A stretch of 64,000 nt of DNA from Bacteroidales bacterium (lineage in GTDB: Bacteria; Bacteroidota; Bacteroidia; Bacteroidales; VadinHA17): contig DAOSAY010000006.1 in the NCBI GenBank assembly GCA_035360515.1, positions 11,381 to 75,380 on the forward strand, given 5' to 3'. Positions 1 through 10,232 of this stretch are shown piece by piece. Below the pieces are notes generated by a model. The model worked only from the letters and a program-made list of their open reading frames with translations, did no database searches and was not told the origin of the DNA. Each line of letters begins with the position of its first letter. The stretch's first letter is position 1. The position numbers and the translations under genes are program-made.

Positions 1-1415
1 GGGTCGATATTAACCATTGTAATATGAACCACACCGGCAGAGTCCTGTGAAGCTGAGGCATTGAGTGCCGGCAGCGACTGGTTTTCGTACACATAATCGG
101 GGCTTGTGAATTTCACCGGAAGCATTTTGGCGTCGTGATGCACCTTGTAGAGGTCGAACACATGGTAGGTGGGAGTAAGTATCATTTTCGGGCCCTGTGT
201 AAGTATTACAGCCTGCAATACATTTACCGTCTGTGCCAGCTGTGCCATTTTAACCCTGTCGCAGTGGTTGTTGAAGATGTTCAGTGTTGTGCCGGCAATA
301 AGTGCATCGCGCAGGCTGTTCTGCTGGAAAAGGAACCTCGGGTTGGTCCCTGGCTCAGGGTCGCACCATATTCCCCACTCGCCAACCACAAGAGCCACCC
401 TCTTCTGCGGGTCATATTTTGTCATCACCGAGTCGTGGCCTTTTATATAGTTTTCTATTCTCAGGGCATTACGCATAGTACCAAAGTATGTGGCTTCGGT
501 AAAATTTGTTGCTGAGCCCTGGCTCTGAACCTGCTGTTGTTGCTGACCCTGTGCACCCTCTCTTTGAGCCTGGCCTGCCTGTCCTCCCTGTGGCTGACCA
601 AAACCGCCCCTGGGAGGCCGTGTATAATAATGTAAATCTATACCCCACAAGTTTCCCCTGCCCCCCGGAGCCAGACCTGCCATAACTACATCGGTCCAGG
701 TGTAATTACCTCCGCTTGGCCCACAGGCTATCCTGCGCAATGGCGCCCCGGGATAATTCTTCAGAAATGTTGAATATTGCCTGAACTGTGTCACATAATA
801 TTCGGGAGTCATATTTCCTCCGCAACCCCAGTTCTCATTCCCTATTCCAAAAAACGAAACACCCCAGGGTTTATCACGCCCGTTTTGCTTCCGCAGATTG
901 GTCATAGGGCTTATCCCATCAAAATTGAGATACTCCACCCATTTCGACATTTCCTCAACTGTTCCGCTACCAAGGTTGCCCACAATAAACGGCTCACAAT
1001 TAAGCAGTTCACAGAGCGTTAAGAATTCATGAGTGCCAAAACTGTTATCTTCCGTCACATTTCCCCAGTTTGTATTGACCATTGTTGGCCTCTGGTCCCT
1101 TGGACCAATGCCATCGCGCCAGTGATATTCGTCGGCAAAACAGCCTCCAGGCCACCGTAGATTCGGTATTTTGATCTTTTTCAGAGCCTCAACAATGTCG
1201 AGACGAATCCTGTCATACTTCGGCACCGGCATGGAAGGATCGACCCAGTAGCCATCATAAATACATCTTCCTAGATGCTCGGAGAAGTGCCCGTAAATAT
1301 GCCTGCTTATGGTATACTGAGATGCTGTAGCATCAACAACCATGGCAACAGACGACTGGTTGTAAGCTTTGAGCGTTACAATTACCATGATGAGTGTAAA
1401 AAAGAACTTTTTCAT
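1..1415 (-). CDS. alpha-L-arabinofuranosidase, GH51 family (C-terminal end runs off the window; start codon at 1415-1413)
   Basis: Absent from the ORF track because it is edge-truncated. My minus-strand translation from ATG 1415 stays open to base 1: [76 protein letters not shown]. These are the conserved GH51 blocks, including the NEN and GEW catalytic regions. Confidence 0.8.
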   Translation of the reverse strand, partial: MKKFFFTLIMVIVTLKAYNQSSVAMVVDATASQYTISRHIYGHFSEHLGRCIYDGYWVDPSMPVPKYDRIRLDIVEALKKIKIPNLRWPGGCFADEYHWRDGIGPRDQRPTMVNTNWGNVTEDNSFGTHEFLTLCELLNCEPFIVGNLGSGTVEEMSKWVEYLNFDGISPMTNLRKQNGRDKPWGVSFFGIGNENWGCGGNMTPEYYVTQFRQYSTFLKNYPGAPLRRIACGPSGGNYTWTDVVMAGLAPGGRGNLWGIDLHYYTRPPRGGFGQPQGGQAGQAQREGAQGQQQQQVQSQGSATNFTEATYFGTMRNALRIENYIKGHDSVMTKYDPQKRVALVVGEWGIWCDPEPGTNPRFLFQQNSLRDALIAGTTLNIFNNHCDRVKMAQLAQTVNVLQAVILTQGPKMILTPTYHVFDLYKVHHDAKMLPVKFTSPDYVYENQSLPALNASASQDSAGVVHITMVNID

Positions 1416-1542
1416 GTGTAAATAAATTTTATAAATTACATATTATCTGACTTTTATCTTTTATTTTTTAAAGACCCGTACATGTTTTTCCTGTTCCTAT
1501 CCAAACCTTTCTTCACCTGGGAGGAAGGAGCAATAAGCAGAA

Positions 1543-4011
1543 TCAGTGATAAAGCCATTCTTCCGGAATTTCAGTTCTTTGTTTTCCGGGTTGTTCAACC
1601 ATGAGTCTGAGTACCGGCCTGCGGCTGTCCGACTGAAAATATTCAAGTTCAATTTTATGATAACCTTTCCCAAGAGCAATATAATCAAACTTTTCCACTG
1701 CCCTCGGGTGAACACCGTCATTTAATACAACCAGCTCACCGTCAATAATAAGTTTGCTGCCATCATCGGAATTAAGGTAGAATCCGTAAATACTCTCTTC
1801 AGGGATATTCAGCAGTCCGGTAAACCTGAGTGCGAAGTTCTGGCTATCCTCAGAAATCCTTGCGTTAATAACCTTCGTGACTGTTGTTTTTACAGGCTGA
1901 AGTGCTCCGAAGTCAGGTAGTGAGGTGAACTGTCCCTGGTAAACATTCACATTCAGCCCCCTGCTATATCTGCCGCCCTGTATTCCAGGAATAAGATTCT
2001 TTTTTACAAGGTTATATGAAACGGTTCTGCTTGTGTCATTTCCGTGGACAGCAAATGCTTTCAGTGTGCAGGTTTCATTAACCTTAACAGGTCCTGAATA
2101 CAATAAACCGCTCTTTACGGGATCGGAGTCATCGAGTGTATAGAAGAATTTTGCTGAAGGGTTATGGCTCGTAAGAGAGAGGTCGAGTTCATTGTAAAAT
2201 ACCAGCACCTTCTGTTCAGGAACCGGAGGCAATATTCCCAGGTTTGCCTTTGCTACATTTTCCGCGCCCATTTTGTCGACCTTGCGGTCATAAGTCATCA
2301 GTCCGTTTGTTTCAGTTTCCACATCAGTTGTCTGCGTATAGATTATTGCACTCAGTCCTTTTTCTTTGACGAATCTATATATCTGGTCGAGGTATGCTTC
2401 GAAGGTTGTCAGCAGCTGAAGGGTATCTTCGAAGGTTCTGTAACCCCAGTATGTAGCTTCCCATGTATGTCCACTCACCGGATAGCCGAGTCCACCGTAT
2501 TCTCCAAGCACTATGGCCCTGTTTTCTTCAGGCTCAGGACAGCGTGGTGTTGGGTAGTTGTGAATATCTTTCACATCGCCACAGCCTCTGTCGGTCCATC
2601 CCGAAGCACTGTTTACCAGCCTTGTGGGGTCATATTGTTTAATAAGTTCTGTGATCCTTTCTGTGTCCCACTGACCCCATCCTTCATTATAGGGCACCCA
2701 CATAATTATTGAAGGGTGATTATATTTTGTTTCTATCATCCTTTTTAGCTCATACTCAAACTGTTTTCCTGCTTCTTCTGTTTTTGTGATATCGGGAGCC
2801 TCTCCGCTAATATACCTGTCGCCGCTTGGCATATCCTGCCATACAAGTATGCCAAGTCTATCGCACCAGTTATAGAACCTCCTGTTTTCGACCTTGACAT
2901 GTTTTCTGAGCATGTTATATCCCATCTTCTTTGTCATTCGGAGGTCGTAAACCATTGCCTCGTCGGTTGGCGGTGTATATATCCCATCGGGCCAGAAGCC
3001 CTGGTCGAGAGGACCACGCTGGAAAACAAACCTGTTGTTGAGCATCATTCGTGTAAAACCATCCTCCGTTTTACCCAGAGAAATCTTCCTCATCCCCGCA
3101 ACTGAAGTCACCATATCTTTGCCGCCCTCTGAGTTCATTTCAATTGTTACATTATACAGATATGGGTTATCAGGTTCCCATAAAACCGGATTTTTAATTT
3201 CCAGTGTTATATCATTACCGGCTTTACCTGTACCTGAAGCAATAATTTTTCCGCCATCATAAACTTTAACTGAAATTTCACCTTTATTGTCTGATGTCAT
3301 CACATTAAATGTCAATGTATTTTGGTCTATGTCGGATACTGTTCTGAAGGAGGTGATGTACGATTTGTCTACCGGTTCGAGCCATACTGTCTGCCATATA
3401 CCTGTTGTAGGTGTGTACCAAATACCTCCCGGGTTTGAGACCTGTTTACCGCGCGGCTGAGGTCCTTTGTCTGTGGGGTCCCATACACACACCAGCAGTT
3501 CATGTTCCTTACTTTCTGAAAGCAGGTCTGATATTTCAAAGCTGAAAGGATCGTAACCGCCTCTGTGCAACCCGGCTTCTTTTCCGTCAACCCACACCCG
3601 GGTTTCCCAGTCGCACGCCTCAAAATTGAGAAGTACCTTTCCCTTCCTCCAGCTCCCTGGAATCTTAAAAGTGGTTCTGTACCATAGATTTTCATTTTCC
3701 GAAACCCTTCTCTTTACGCCCGAAAGTGCCGATTCAACAGGATAAGGAACAAGTATCTTCCCATCCCAATTATCAGGCTTTACATCACGAGGGGTAATAG
3801 CATAATCCCACAAGCCGTTAAGATTGATCCATTTCTGTCTCACCATATCGGGCCGTGGATATTCAGGCCATGGCTTTAGAGGGTCCACCCGTGAAGCCCA
3901 TTCAGTCAGAATAGGATTATCCGCAATTTTCCATTCGGCTTTTTCCTTTTTACTGCAGCCTGAGATAAATATGAAAATGATTACTGCCAGAACAAAAAGA
4001 TTATTTTTCAT
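1543..4011 (-). CDS. glycoside hydrolase family 2 lipoprotein with C-terminal PA14-like domain
   Basis: 822 aa. Lipoprotein signal (FIFISGCSKK). GH2 blocks NFEACDWETRVWVDG, WQDMPSG, VPYNEGWGQW. C-terminal PA14-type block GFYLNSDDGSKLIIDGELVVLNDG. Confidence 0.8.
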   Translation of the reverse strand: MKNNLFVLAVIIFIFISGCSKKEKAEWKIADNPILTEWASRVDPLKPWPEYPRPDMVRQKWINLNGLWDYAITPRDVKPDNWDGKILVPYPVESALSGVKRRVSENENLWYRTTFKIPGSWRKGKVLLNFEACDWETRVWVDGKEAGLHRGGYDPFSFEISDLLSESKEHELLVCVWDPTDKGPQPRGKQVSNPGGIWYTPTTGIWQTVWLEPVDKSYITSFRTVSDIDQNTLTFNVMTSDNKGEISVKVYDGGKIIASGTGKAGNDITLEIKNPVLWEPDNPYLYNVTIEMNSEGGKDMVTSVAGMRKISLGKTEDGFTRMMLNNRFVFQRGPLDQGFWPDGIYTPPTDEAMVYDLRMTKKMGYNMLRKHVKVENRRFYNWCDRLGILVWQDMPSGDRYISGEAPDITKTEEAGKQFEYELKRMIETKYNHPSIIMWVPYNEGWGQWDTERITELIKQYDPTRLVNSASGWTDRGCGDVKDIHNYPTPRCPEPEENRAIVLGEYGGLGYPVSGHTWEATYWGYRTFEDTLQLLTTFEAYLDQIYRFVKEKGLSAIIYTQTTDVETETNGLMTYDRKVDKMGAENVAKANLGILPPVPEQKVLVFYNELDLSLTSHNPSAKFFYTLDDSDPVKSGLLYSGPVKVNETCTLKAFAVHGNDTSRTVSYNLVKKNLIPGIQGGRYSRGLNVNVYQGQFTSLPDFGALQPVKTTVTKVINARISEDSQNFALRFTGLLNIPEESIYGFYLNSDDGSKLIIDGELVVLNDGVHPRAVEKFDYIALGKGYHKIELEYFQSDSRRPVLRLMVEQPGKQRTEIPEEWLYH

Positions 4012-4223
4012 GAGCGAATAATTTTTTATGTTTTTGATAACTAAATCTTTATCTTCAATTTACATCACCTGCTTCACTTTTGTATAACTATTTCTCCTTC
4101 CCCTGGTTGGCAGAATGAAAGATTTCTCTCCTTCCAGAGGATTTGGGGTGATTTTAAAAAGTTCAGAAAGATAAATTTTTTGCCGGAATAAGGCAAAAGA
4201 TAAACAGGATGTATGAAAAATTT

Positions 4224-6176
4224 TTATTTCACTCTTGTTATGCGTGATTCAACAGGCTGATCGATAATGATTGGAACCTGTTCTTCTATTGTGTTTGTAG
4301 AATCGAGCTGCAGGGCTCTTACTTCCGACTGACTGATCCTGCGAACCAGATTATGGATGGTAAGGGTTATATTTTCGAGAGTTGAAAGTGGATTATCAAT
4401 TGGCATTACCCTGTCGATAAGAACAAATTTGAAATCTCCCTGCAGGTCATGCTTTCGGAGTGAATCATAGCTGCTTTCAAGTGTGATTTCACCCGATTTT
4501 ACAAGGTCTTCGAGTACTTCCCTGAAATAGAGGTCGATTCTTGGTTCGACTTTAAATCCAATATTGAAATCTATTCTGATAAGAATTCCCGGTATGATAT
4601 GTGTAACTTTGTATTCAAATACCCTGGGGTCGTTAACGGTATTGACATGCAGGAACCAGTAGGTATTTGCCCTCTTAGGCTGTTTTTTAAAGATTGAATA
4701 TATCACTTTTGATTCGACCTGGTCGGGGTTGTTTGCTCTGATAATATAGACCAGGTTGGTTGCCGTTTTGGGCACCGATTCATCCTTGCTGAGGTCTTTA
4801 AATAGATCTATATAATCCTCAAGGTTTGCAAATGTTATGTATCTGTTTTTGATTTTCCTGCCGAAATACCAGCCGTACATGATTATGTAGAATGAAGCAG
4901 CCAGCAGCAGGGTAAACCAGCCCCCGTAAGCAAATTTGTTAAGGTTTGCGATAAGAAACCCTGATTCAATTGTAAGGTAAACTGCAAGGAAAAGATAAAG
5001 CAACCTGTGGTCGGTACCTTTTTCGTAATGATAAAATGAGAGAAGCAGGGTGGTGATTATCATTGTTATGGTGATGGCAAGGCCGTAGGCTGCTTCCATG
5101 TTTGTTGAGTTGCGGAAAAATATCACCACAAAGCTGCATGCTATCCAGAGGAACCAGTTGACAAACGGCAGGTAGACCTGATTTCTGAACATTGTAGGAT
5201 GGAGGACTCTTATCTTTGGCCAGAAATTAAGGCGCACTGCTTCTCCGATAAGGGTATATGAACCGCTTATAATTGCCTGGCTTGCCACAATTGCTGCGCA
5301 TGTTGAAATAATAATGCCAGGAAGCAGGAACCATTTCGGCATAATTGAATAAAACGGGTTTATATCGTTAATATTCTGATAGTTGGAAATAATCCATGCA
5401 CCCTGACCGAAATAATTGAGAAGCAATGCTGTTTTGACAAAAATCCATGATACCCTGATGTTTTTCCTTCCACACAGGCCCATATCAGAATATAATGCTT
5501 CTGCACCCGTTGTACAGAGGAAGACAGCTCCCATCAGCACGAAGCCTCCGGGGTATTCCGTAATAAACCTGTAAGCATACTCAGGGTTAACTGCCTTCAG
5601 AATCTCAGGGGTGTGAATTAATTGAGAAAATCCAAGAAGTGCCAGCAGGGAAAACCAGATAACCATAACCGGACCGAACCATCTTGCAAGATAAGCCGTT
5701 CCGAACTGCTGCAGGAAAAACAAAGCACTAAAAATTATAAGCACTACAGGTATTACGGGGAATCCGGGCTTTATAAGTTTTAAGCCTTCAACTGAAGCGG
5801 TAACGGTGATTGAAGGGGTCAGAACGCCGTCGGCAATCAGGGCTGAACCCCCTATCATTGTAAGAATCGCTGCTGCAACAGACCTTTTTTTAATCAGGGC
5901 ATAGAGTGCAAATATTCCACCTTCCCCGTTATTGTCGGCCCTGAGTGTTATGATAATATATTTGATTGTGGTTTGAAGGGTAAGAGTCCAGAAAATTGCT
6001 GAAAGTCCCCCGTAAACAAGAAGATCATTGAAGTTGTCCCTGCCTCCCAGAATTATTGCTTTGAAAGTATAGAGGGGACTGGTCCCAATATCTCCGTAGA
6101 CAATACCGAGAGTCAGTATCAGACCGGCAAGAGAAAGTTTCTTAATACTTTGATCCTGTTGTTCTGAATCTTTCAT
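4224..6176 (-). CDS. kup: KUP/HAK/KT family potassium transporter
   Basis: 650 aa, polytopic. N-terminal signature GDIGTSPLY. Cytoplasmic C-terminal domain typical of Kup. Confidence 0.9.
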   Translation of the reverse strand: MKDSEQQDQSIKKLSLAGLILTLGIVYGDIGTSPLYTFKAIILGGRDNFNDLLVYGGLSAIFWTLTLQTTIKYIIITLRADNNGEGGIFALYALIKKRSVAAAILTMIGGSALIADGVLTPSITVTASVEGLKLIKPGFPVIPVVLIIFSALFFLQQFGTAYLARWFGPVMVIWFSLLALLGFSQLIHTPEILKAVNPEYAYRFITEYPGGFVLMGAVFLCTTGAEALYSDMGLCGRKNIRVSWIFVKTALLLNYFGQGAWIISNYQNINDINPFYSIMPKWFLLPGIIISTCAAIVASQAIISGSYTLIGEAVRLNFWPKIRVLHPTMFRNQVYLPFVNWFLWIACSFVVIFFRNSTNMEAAYGLAITITMIITTLLLSFYHYEKGTDHRLLYLFLAVYLTIESGFLIANLNKFAYGGWFTLLLAASFYIIMYGWYFGRKIKNRYITFANLEDYIDLFKDLSKDESVPKTATNLVYIIRANNPDQVESKVIYSIFKKQPKRANTYWFLHVNTVNDPRVFEYKVTHIIPGILIRIDFNIGFKVEPRIDLYFREVLEDLVKSGEITLESSYDSLRKHDLQGDFKFVLIDRVMPIDNPLSTLENITLTIHNLVRRISQSEVRALQLDSTNTIEEQVPIIIDQPVESRITRVK

Positions 6177-6280
6177 AACTTTCTTCCGGCATAGCCGGAT
6201 ATCTGATTTTCAAGGGACGCAAATTTAATAATTAAAAACATTAAATGTAAATTTACACCCCATAATAAAACAATATATTC

Positions 6281-7093
6281 ATGAATTTCAGGTCAAAAAT
6301 CAAAGCACTTTACCAGAGAATAATTTCCGGTATGAGTGCCAATAATAATCCTCTCTTTATATTTTTCTACAAATATTTTTATCGTCCACCAGAAGGCACA
6401 ATAGAAGAATTTACCGATATATTTTCACGGTATAGAAGGAAAATCAAAGTTGTACAGGTAGGCGCCAACGACGGAATAACGAATGATCCCATACATAAAT
6501 TTATAAAGAGAGATGGCTGGGAAGGTGTTCTTCTGGAACCTCAGAAATATGTTTTTGAAAAATTTCTTCAGCCTCTGTACAGAAAAACCCAGGGAATAAT
6601 AACAGTTAATGCGGCTCTTGATAGAACCGACGGTTACAAGCCTGTATACAAAATTTCTGCAAGCAATTCAAGATGGGCAACAGGTCTAACAAGTTTCAAC
6701 AGGGAAGTGCTTGAGAAAGCTCTCAGTTCAGGGTATATTGAAAAACAGGCTAAAAAGGAGGGATTGAAGATTGAAGACTCTGCTGCCAGTTTAATAACTG
6801 AAGAGAAAGTGGAATGCATTTCGCCCGAAACCCTGATAACCCGATACAACCTCGACAGAATTGACTGGTTGCAGATTGATACCGAAGGGTATGATTATGA
6901 AATAATTAAAATGTTCAACATTGAGAAGACGAAACCATGCGTGATAGTTTATGAAAATCTTCATCTGCCTGAAGAACAGAAAAAGGAGTGCAGGGAGATG
7001 CTTGAAAAAAACGGCTACAGATGCAGGGATTTCGGCCCCAACTCACTTGCCGTTCTCGACCCTCCCGAATGCCTTCAGAAGTTTTTCGCATAA
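6281..7093 (+). CDS. FkbM family methyltransferase
   Basis: 270 aa. SAM-binding block VVQVGANDGITNDP and the C-terminal block LQIDTEGYDYEIIKMF typical of Methyltransf_21/FkbM. Confidence 0.7.
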   Translation: MNFRSKIKALYQRIISGMSANNNPLFIFFYKYFYRPPEGTIEEFTDIFSRYRRKIKVVQVGANDGITNDPIHKFIKRDGWEGVLLEPQKYVFEKFLQPLYRKTQGIITVNAALDRTDGYKPVYKISASNSRWATGLTSFNREVLEKALSSGYIEKQAKKEGLKIEDSAASLITEEKVECISPETLITRYNLDRIDWLQIDTEGYDYEIIKMFNIEKTKPCVIVYENLHLPEEQKKECREMLEKNGYRCRDFGPNSLAVLDPPECLQKFFA

Positions 7094-7151
7094 TATATGT
7101 CAGATAAATCTGATTTTTTTGATTTAATTTGCAAAATCATAAAACTTTTTA

Positions 7152-7862
7152 ATGGAAAATTCAATAACAATTCTGGCCGTAACTGCAGTATCGCTCGGGT
7201 TTTTTCATACTCTGATGGGGCCTGACCATTACCTGCCGTTTATTGTTCTGAGCCAGGCAAAGAAATGGAGTACGAAAAAGACAATGTTGATTACTTTTCT
7301 CTGCGGGCTCGGGCATGTACTTAGTTCTGTTGTTCTGGGAATTATCGGGATAGGAATCGGCATCTCGGTCAACAAGCTTGTATCTGTCGAGTCGGTGAGG
7401 GGTAATATTGCAGGGTGGCTTTTCATTGCATTCGGACTTGTTTACACTATAATCAGTATCAGGAATCTGGTGAGAAAGAAAACACACACTCACAGGCATT
7501 TTCATCCCGGTGGGCTGGAGCATGAGCACGAGCATAACCACATGAAGGAGCATGTACATGTCCACGAAGAAGAGATTGTCTCAGCCACACCATGGATTCT
7601 TTTTCTGATTTTTGTCTTCGGGCCATGTGAGCCCCTTATACCTCTTCTGATGTACCCTGCAGCCGAAAATAACATTACCGGTGCAATTATTGTTGCAATC
7701 CTGTTCTCAGTAGTGACAATCGCAACAATGATGTCAATAGTACTGGTTTTCAAACTTGGCCTTACCAGTATTAACCTGAAGCCGCTCGAGAAATATAATC
7801 ATGTTATTGCAGGTGCAGTAATTCTTCTTTCTGGAGTAGCAATACAATTTCTGGGGCTCTAA
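7152..7862 (+). CDS. NicO/RcnA-like metal (Ni/Co-type) transporter family membrane protein with His-rich loop
   Basis: 236 aa, about 6 TM segments. N-terminal H-x5-DH (HTLMGPDH), central loop HTHRHFHPGGLEHEHEHNHMKEHVHVHEEE, and a GPCEPLIP motif in the second half. Family assignment is by motif resemblance only. Confidence 0.5.
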   Translation: MENSITILAVTAVSLGFFHTLMGPDHYLPFIVLSQAKKWSTKKTMLITFLCGLGHVLSSVVLGIIGIGIGISVNKLVSVESVRGNIAGWLFIAFGLVYTIISIRNLVRKKTHTHRHFHPGGLEHEHEHNHMKEHVHVHEEEIVSATPWILFLIFVFGPCEPLIPLLMYPAAENNITGAIIVAILFSVVTIATMMSIVLVFKLGLTSINLKPLEKYNHVIAGAVILLSGVAIQFLGL

Positions 7863-9499
7863 TTTCTTGCTTCTCTGAACAACAGCCACGTATGAGGGTC
7901 AGGAACAATTTCTGCAATGTCTCCTTCCTTTATGCTTATTACTGTTTTCCTTTCGCTGACTCTTACAGTTTCAATCTTTTCCTGCCCGCCAGTTTTAATC
8001 AGCAGGTCGATTGAAAAGCTAAAAGGATAAGCCTGCTTCTGCTCTATTAAGATATCAGTAACGCCTCTCGATGAGCTTTGTTTCGATATCTTAATTTCAG
8101 GCTGACCCGGCACTTCGAGCCACTGATGAAAAAACTGCTTAAGATTCCTGCCTGAAACCTCCTGCATCACATTCATGAAATCGTTTGTTTCAGCAATGCT
8201 GTCTCTGAATCTTTCAAAGTAAAGTCTCATGCCTTTCCAGAAATTTTCTTCACCAACCTCGCGCCTCAGCATGTGAAGAACCCATGACCCTTTCTGGTAC
8301 GAATTTGCATTGAGCAGGCTCATCAGATTTGTAACTGAAGTATCGATGACGGGAGCGGGATTTTTATCGTAATACCTCAAGACTCTCTCCCTTGCCTGGC
8401 GCATTTCCGTTTCAAGCCGCTCCCTGCCATAGTTCATTTCCATATATACGGCAGTGAGATAGGTTGCAAACCCCTCACTGAGCCATATATGGCTCCACTC
8501 TTTTTCAGTAACGGAATTTCCGAACCACTGGTGTGCCGTTTCGTGCGCTATTAGCCCTTCGGCTCTCCCCTTACCGGTTACAGAATTTTCACTGTAAAAA
8601 ATGCATGAGGCATTTTCAAGTCCTCCAAAAATGGTCTTCGACTGCACATTGGCAAGCTTTTCATAAGGATAAGGCCCTATAAGCTTCTGATAGAATTCCA
8701 CGGCCTTAACGGCAACAGAATAATCGTTGAAGCCCTCATTACGGTTTTCGGGAAAGACCCAGCTCCATACCGGGATGTTACCTGCAAAACCTGCCAGGCG
8801 CGTGGCAAAAGGCGCAGCACCAAATGCCATAACCTTAACCGGCAAAGGAACTTCTTCGTGCCAGTGGGTAAGCCTGTTGTAACTGTCAACATTGCTTTCC
8901 TCAATCAGTCTGCCGCTTGCTACAACCCTGTAATGAAAAGGAGCAATTATTATAAAATCCACTTTAGCCTTGTCGGAGGGATGATCTGTAACAGGTAAAT
9001 AATATGAAGCCCTGTCGGGCCAGTGGTCAGAAAAAAAAGTGCGGGCACCATATTTGTTCTTTGAAATTATGAGTCCGTCGGCAGGTATGCCCGAATAAAC
9101 AACCTTCAGTTCTGCCACCGAACCTGCTACAAACGATTTTTCAGCAAAAATCTTAAGCTTGTTACCGGCGTGTATCCACTTTGCCGAATTCCCTCCAATA
9201 TTTACATTCTGAACTTTCATCCCTTTCCCCGGGGAGTCAGAATTTCTGAAATCAAATTCAACATAACCGGAAGTAGTATTAAATCTGACTTCGGATAAAG
9301 CTTCAACAAATATTATATCGGTGGAATCGTTTATCCGTATAATAAATTCATATCTCAGAACATCTGTCTTACCATCAGGCTTTCCCGCGAAAGTCAGCAA
9401 ATAAGAAAAGAGAAACGCAAAAAACAGAAGAAGGTATTTTTTCATCTCATAACATTTTTTAATCGGTGCCTGCTCAAAATTATAAAACTGATTAATCAA
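7859..9499 (-). CDS. M1 family zinc aminopeptidase (aminopeptidase N-like), secreted
   Basis: HETAHQWFGN (HExxH) plus WLSEGFATY (distal Glu). The likely true start is the internal MKKYLLLFFAF signal peptide at 9445. Confidence 0.85.
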   Translation of the reverse strand: MINQFYNFEQAPIKKCYEMKKYLLLFFAFLFSYLLTFAGKPDGKTDVLRYEFIIRINDSTDIIFVEALSEVRFNTTSGYVEFDFRNSDSPGKGMKVQNVNIGGNSAKWIHAGNKLKIFAEKSFVAGSVAELKVVYSGIPADGLIISKNKYGARTFFSDHWPDRASYYLPVTDHPSDKAKVDFIIIAPFHYRVVASGRLIEESNVDSYNRLTHWHEEVPLPVKVMAFGAAPFATRLAGFAGNIPVWSWVFPENRNEGFNDYSVAVKAVEFYQKLIGPYPYEKLANVQSKTIFGGLENASCIFYSENSVTGKGRAEGLIAHETAHQWFGNSVTEKEWSHIWLSEGFATYLTAVYMEMNYGRERLETEMRQARERVLRYYDKNPAPVIDTSVTNLMSLLNANSYQKGSWVLHMLRREVGEENFWKGMRLYFERFRDSIAETNDFMNVMQEVSGRNLKQFFHQWLEVPGQPEIKISKQSSSRGVTDILIEQKQAYPFSFSIDLLIKTGGQEKIETVRVSERKTVISIKEGDIAEIVPDPHTWLLFREARN

Positions 9500-9566
9500 A
9501 AATCCTTAAATCTTTTTTTATTGCACAACTTGAATTCTTTTATTTATTGACATTTAATTATTAGTT

Positions 9567-10232
9567 TTGCCAGGTAAAACATATCTGATGGGTTTTGATT
9601 ACAATACTCAGCGCAAAAGGATGGTTCTTCCCGAATACGGCAGGAATATCCAGAAAATGGTTGATTACCTGAAGACAATCAAGGACCGGGATGAGAGGAA
9701 CAGGGCTGCTGCAACAATTATCCATATAATGGGTAATTTGAATCCACAACTAAGGGATGTTGAGGACTTCAAGCATAAGTTATGGGATCATCTGGCTCTG
9801 ATAGCTGATTGTGACCTCGACATTGACTCTCCCTATCCTCCGCCTGAGAAGTCGAAACTGGCTGAAAAGCCTAACAGGATACCATATCCACAGGGTAACA
9901 TCCGGTTTCTGCACTACGGCAAGAACATTGAGATGATGATTGATGCTGTTTCGAAGATGCCTGACGGTGAAGAGAAAGATTATTTAACCTATCTCATCAT
10001 CAATCAGATGAAGAAGCTATACATCACATGGAACCGTCCACAGGTATCGGATGACATCATTCTCAGTGATCTTAAATATCTATCAGGTGGGAAGCTTACA
10101 ATACCGGAAGGCATGAAAATACCTGAGGCAAAAGAACTTATGGCGCAGAATAAGAAAAAACAGCAGACAAACAAGCACAACAAACAGCAGAATAAACATT
10201 CCCAGAAGAAAAAAGGGTTTAACCGGCATTGA
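9567..10232 (+). CDS. DUF4290 domain-containing protein
   Basis: Conserved block YNTQRKRMVLPEYGRNIQKMVDYL..DRDERN. It sits directly upstream of murA and overlaps it (ATGA), the usual Bacteroidota arrangement. The start is probably at M8 (9588). The C-terminus is a K/Q-rich tail. Confidence 0.75.
   Translation: MPGKTYLMGFDYNTQRKRMVLPEYGRNIQKMVDYLKTIKDRDERNRAAATIIHIMGNLNPQLRDVEDFKHKLWDHLALIADCDLDIDSPYPPPEKSKLAEKPNRIPYPQGNIRFLHYGKNIEMMIDAVSKMPDGEEKDYLTYLIINQMKKLYITWNRPQVSDDIILSDLKYLSGGKLTIPEGMKIPEAKELMAQNKKKQQTNKHNKQQNKHSQKKKGFNRH

Noticed and set aside
135-1022. Plus-strand ORFs 135-515, 169-450 and 777-1022 listed in the track
   Set aside because: They are antisense to the edge-truncated GH51 gene, which the track omits but which translates cleanly with family motifs.
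2164-2712. 182-aa plus-strand ORF inside the GH2 gene
   Set aside because: It is a shadow ORF of a gene with clear GH2 motifs.
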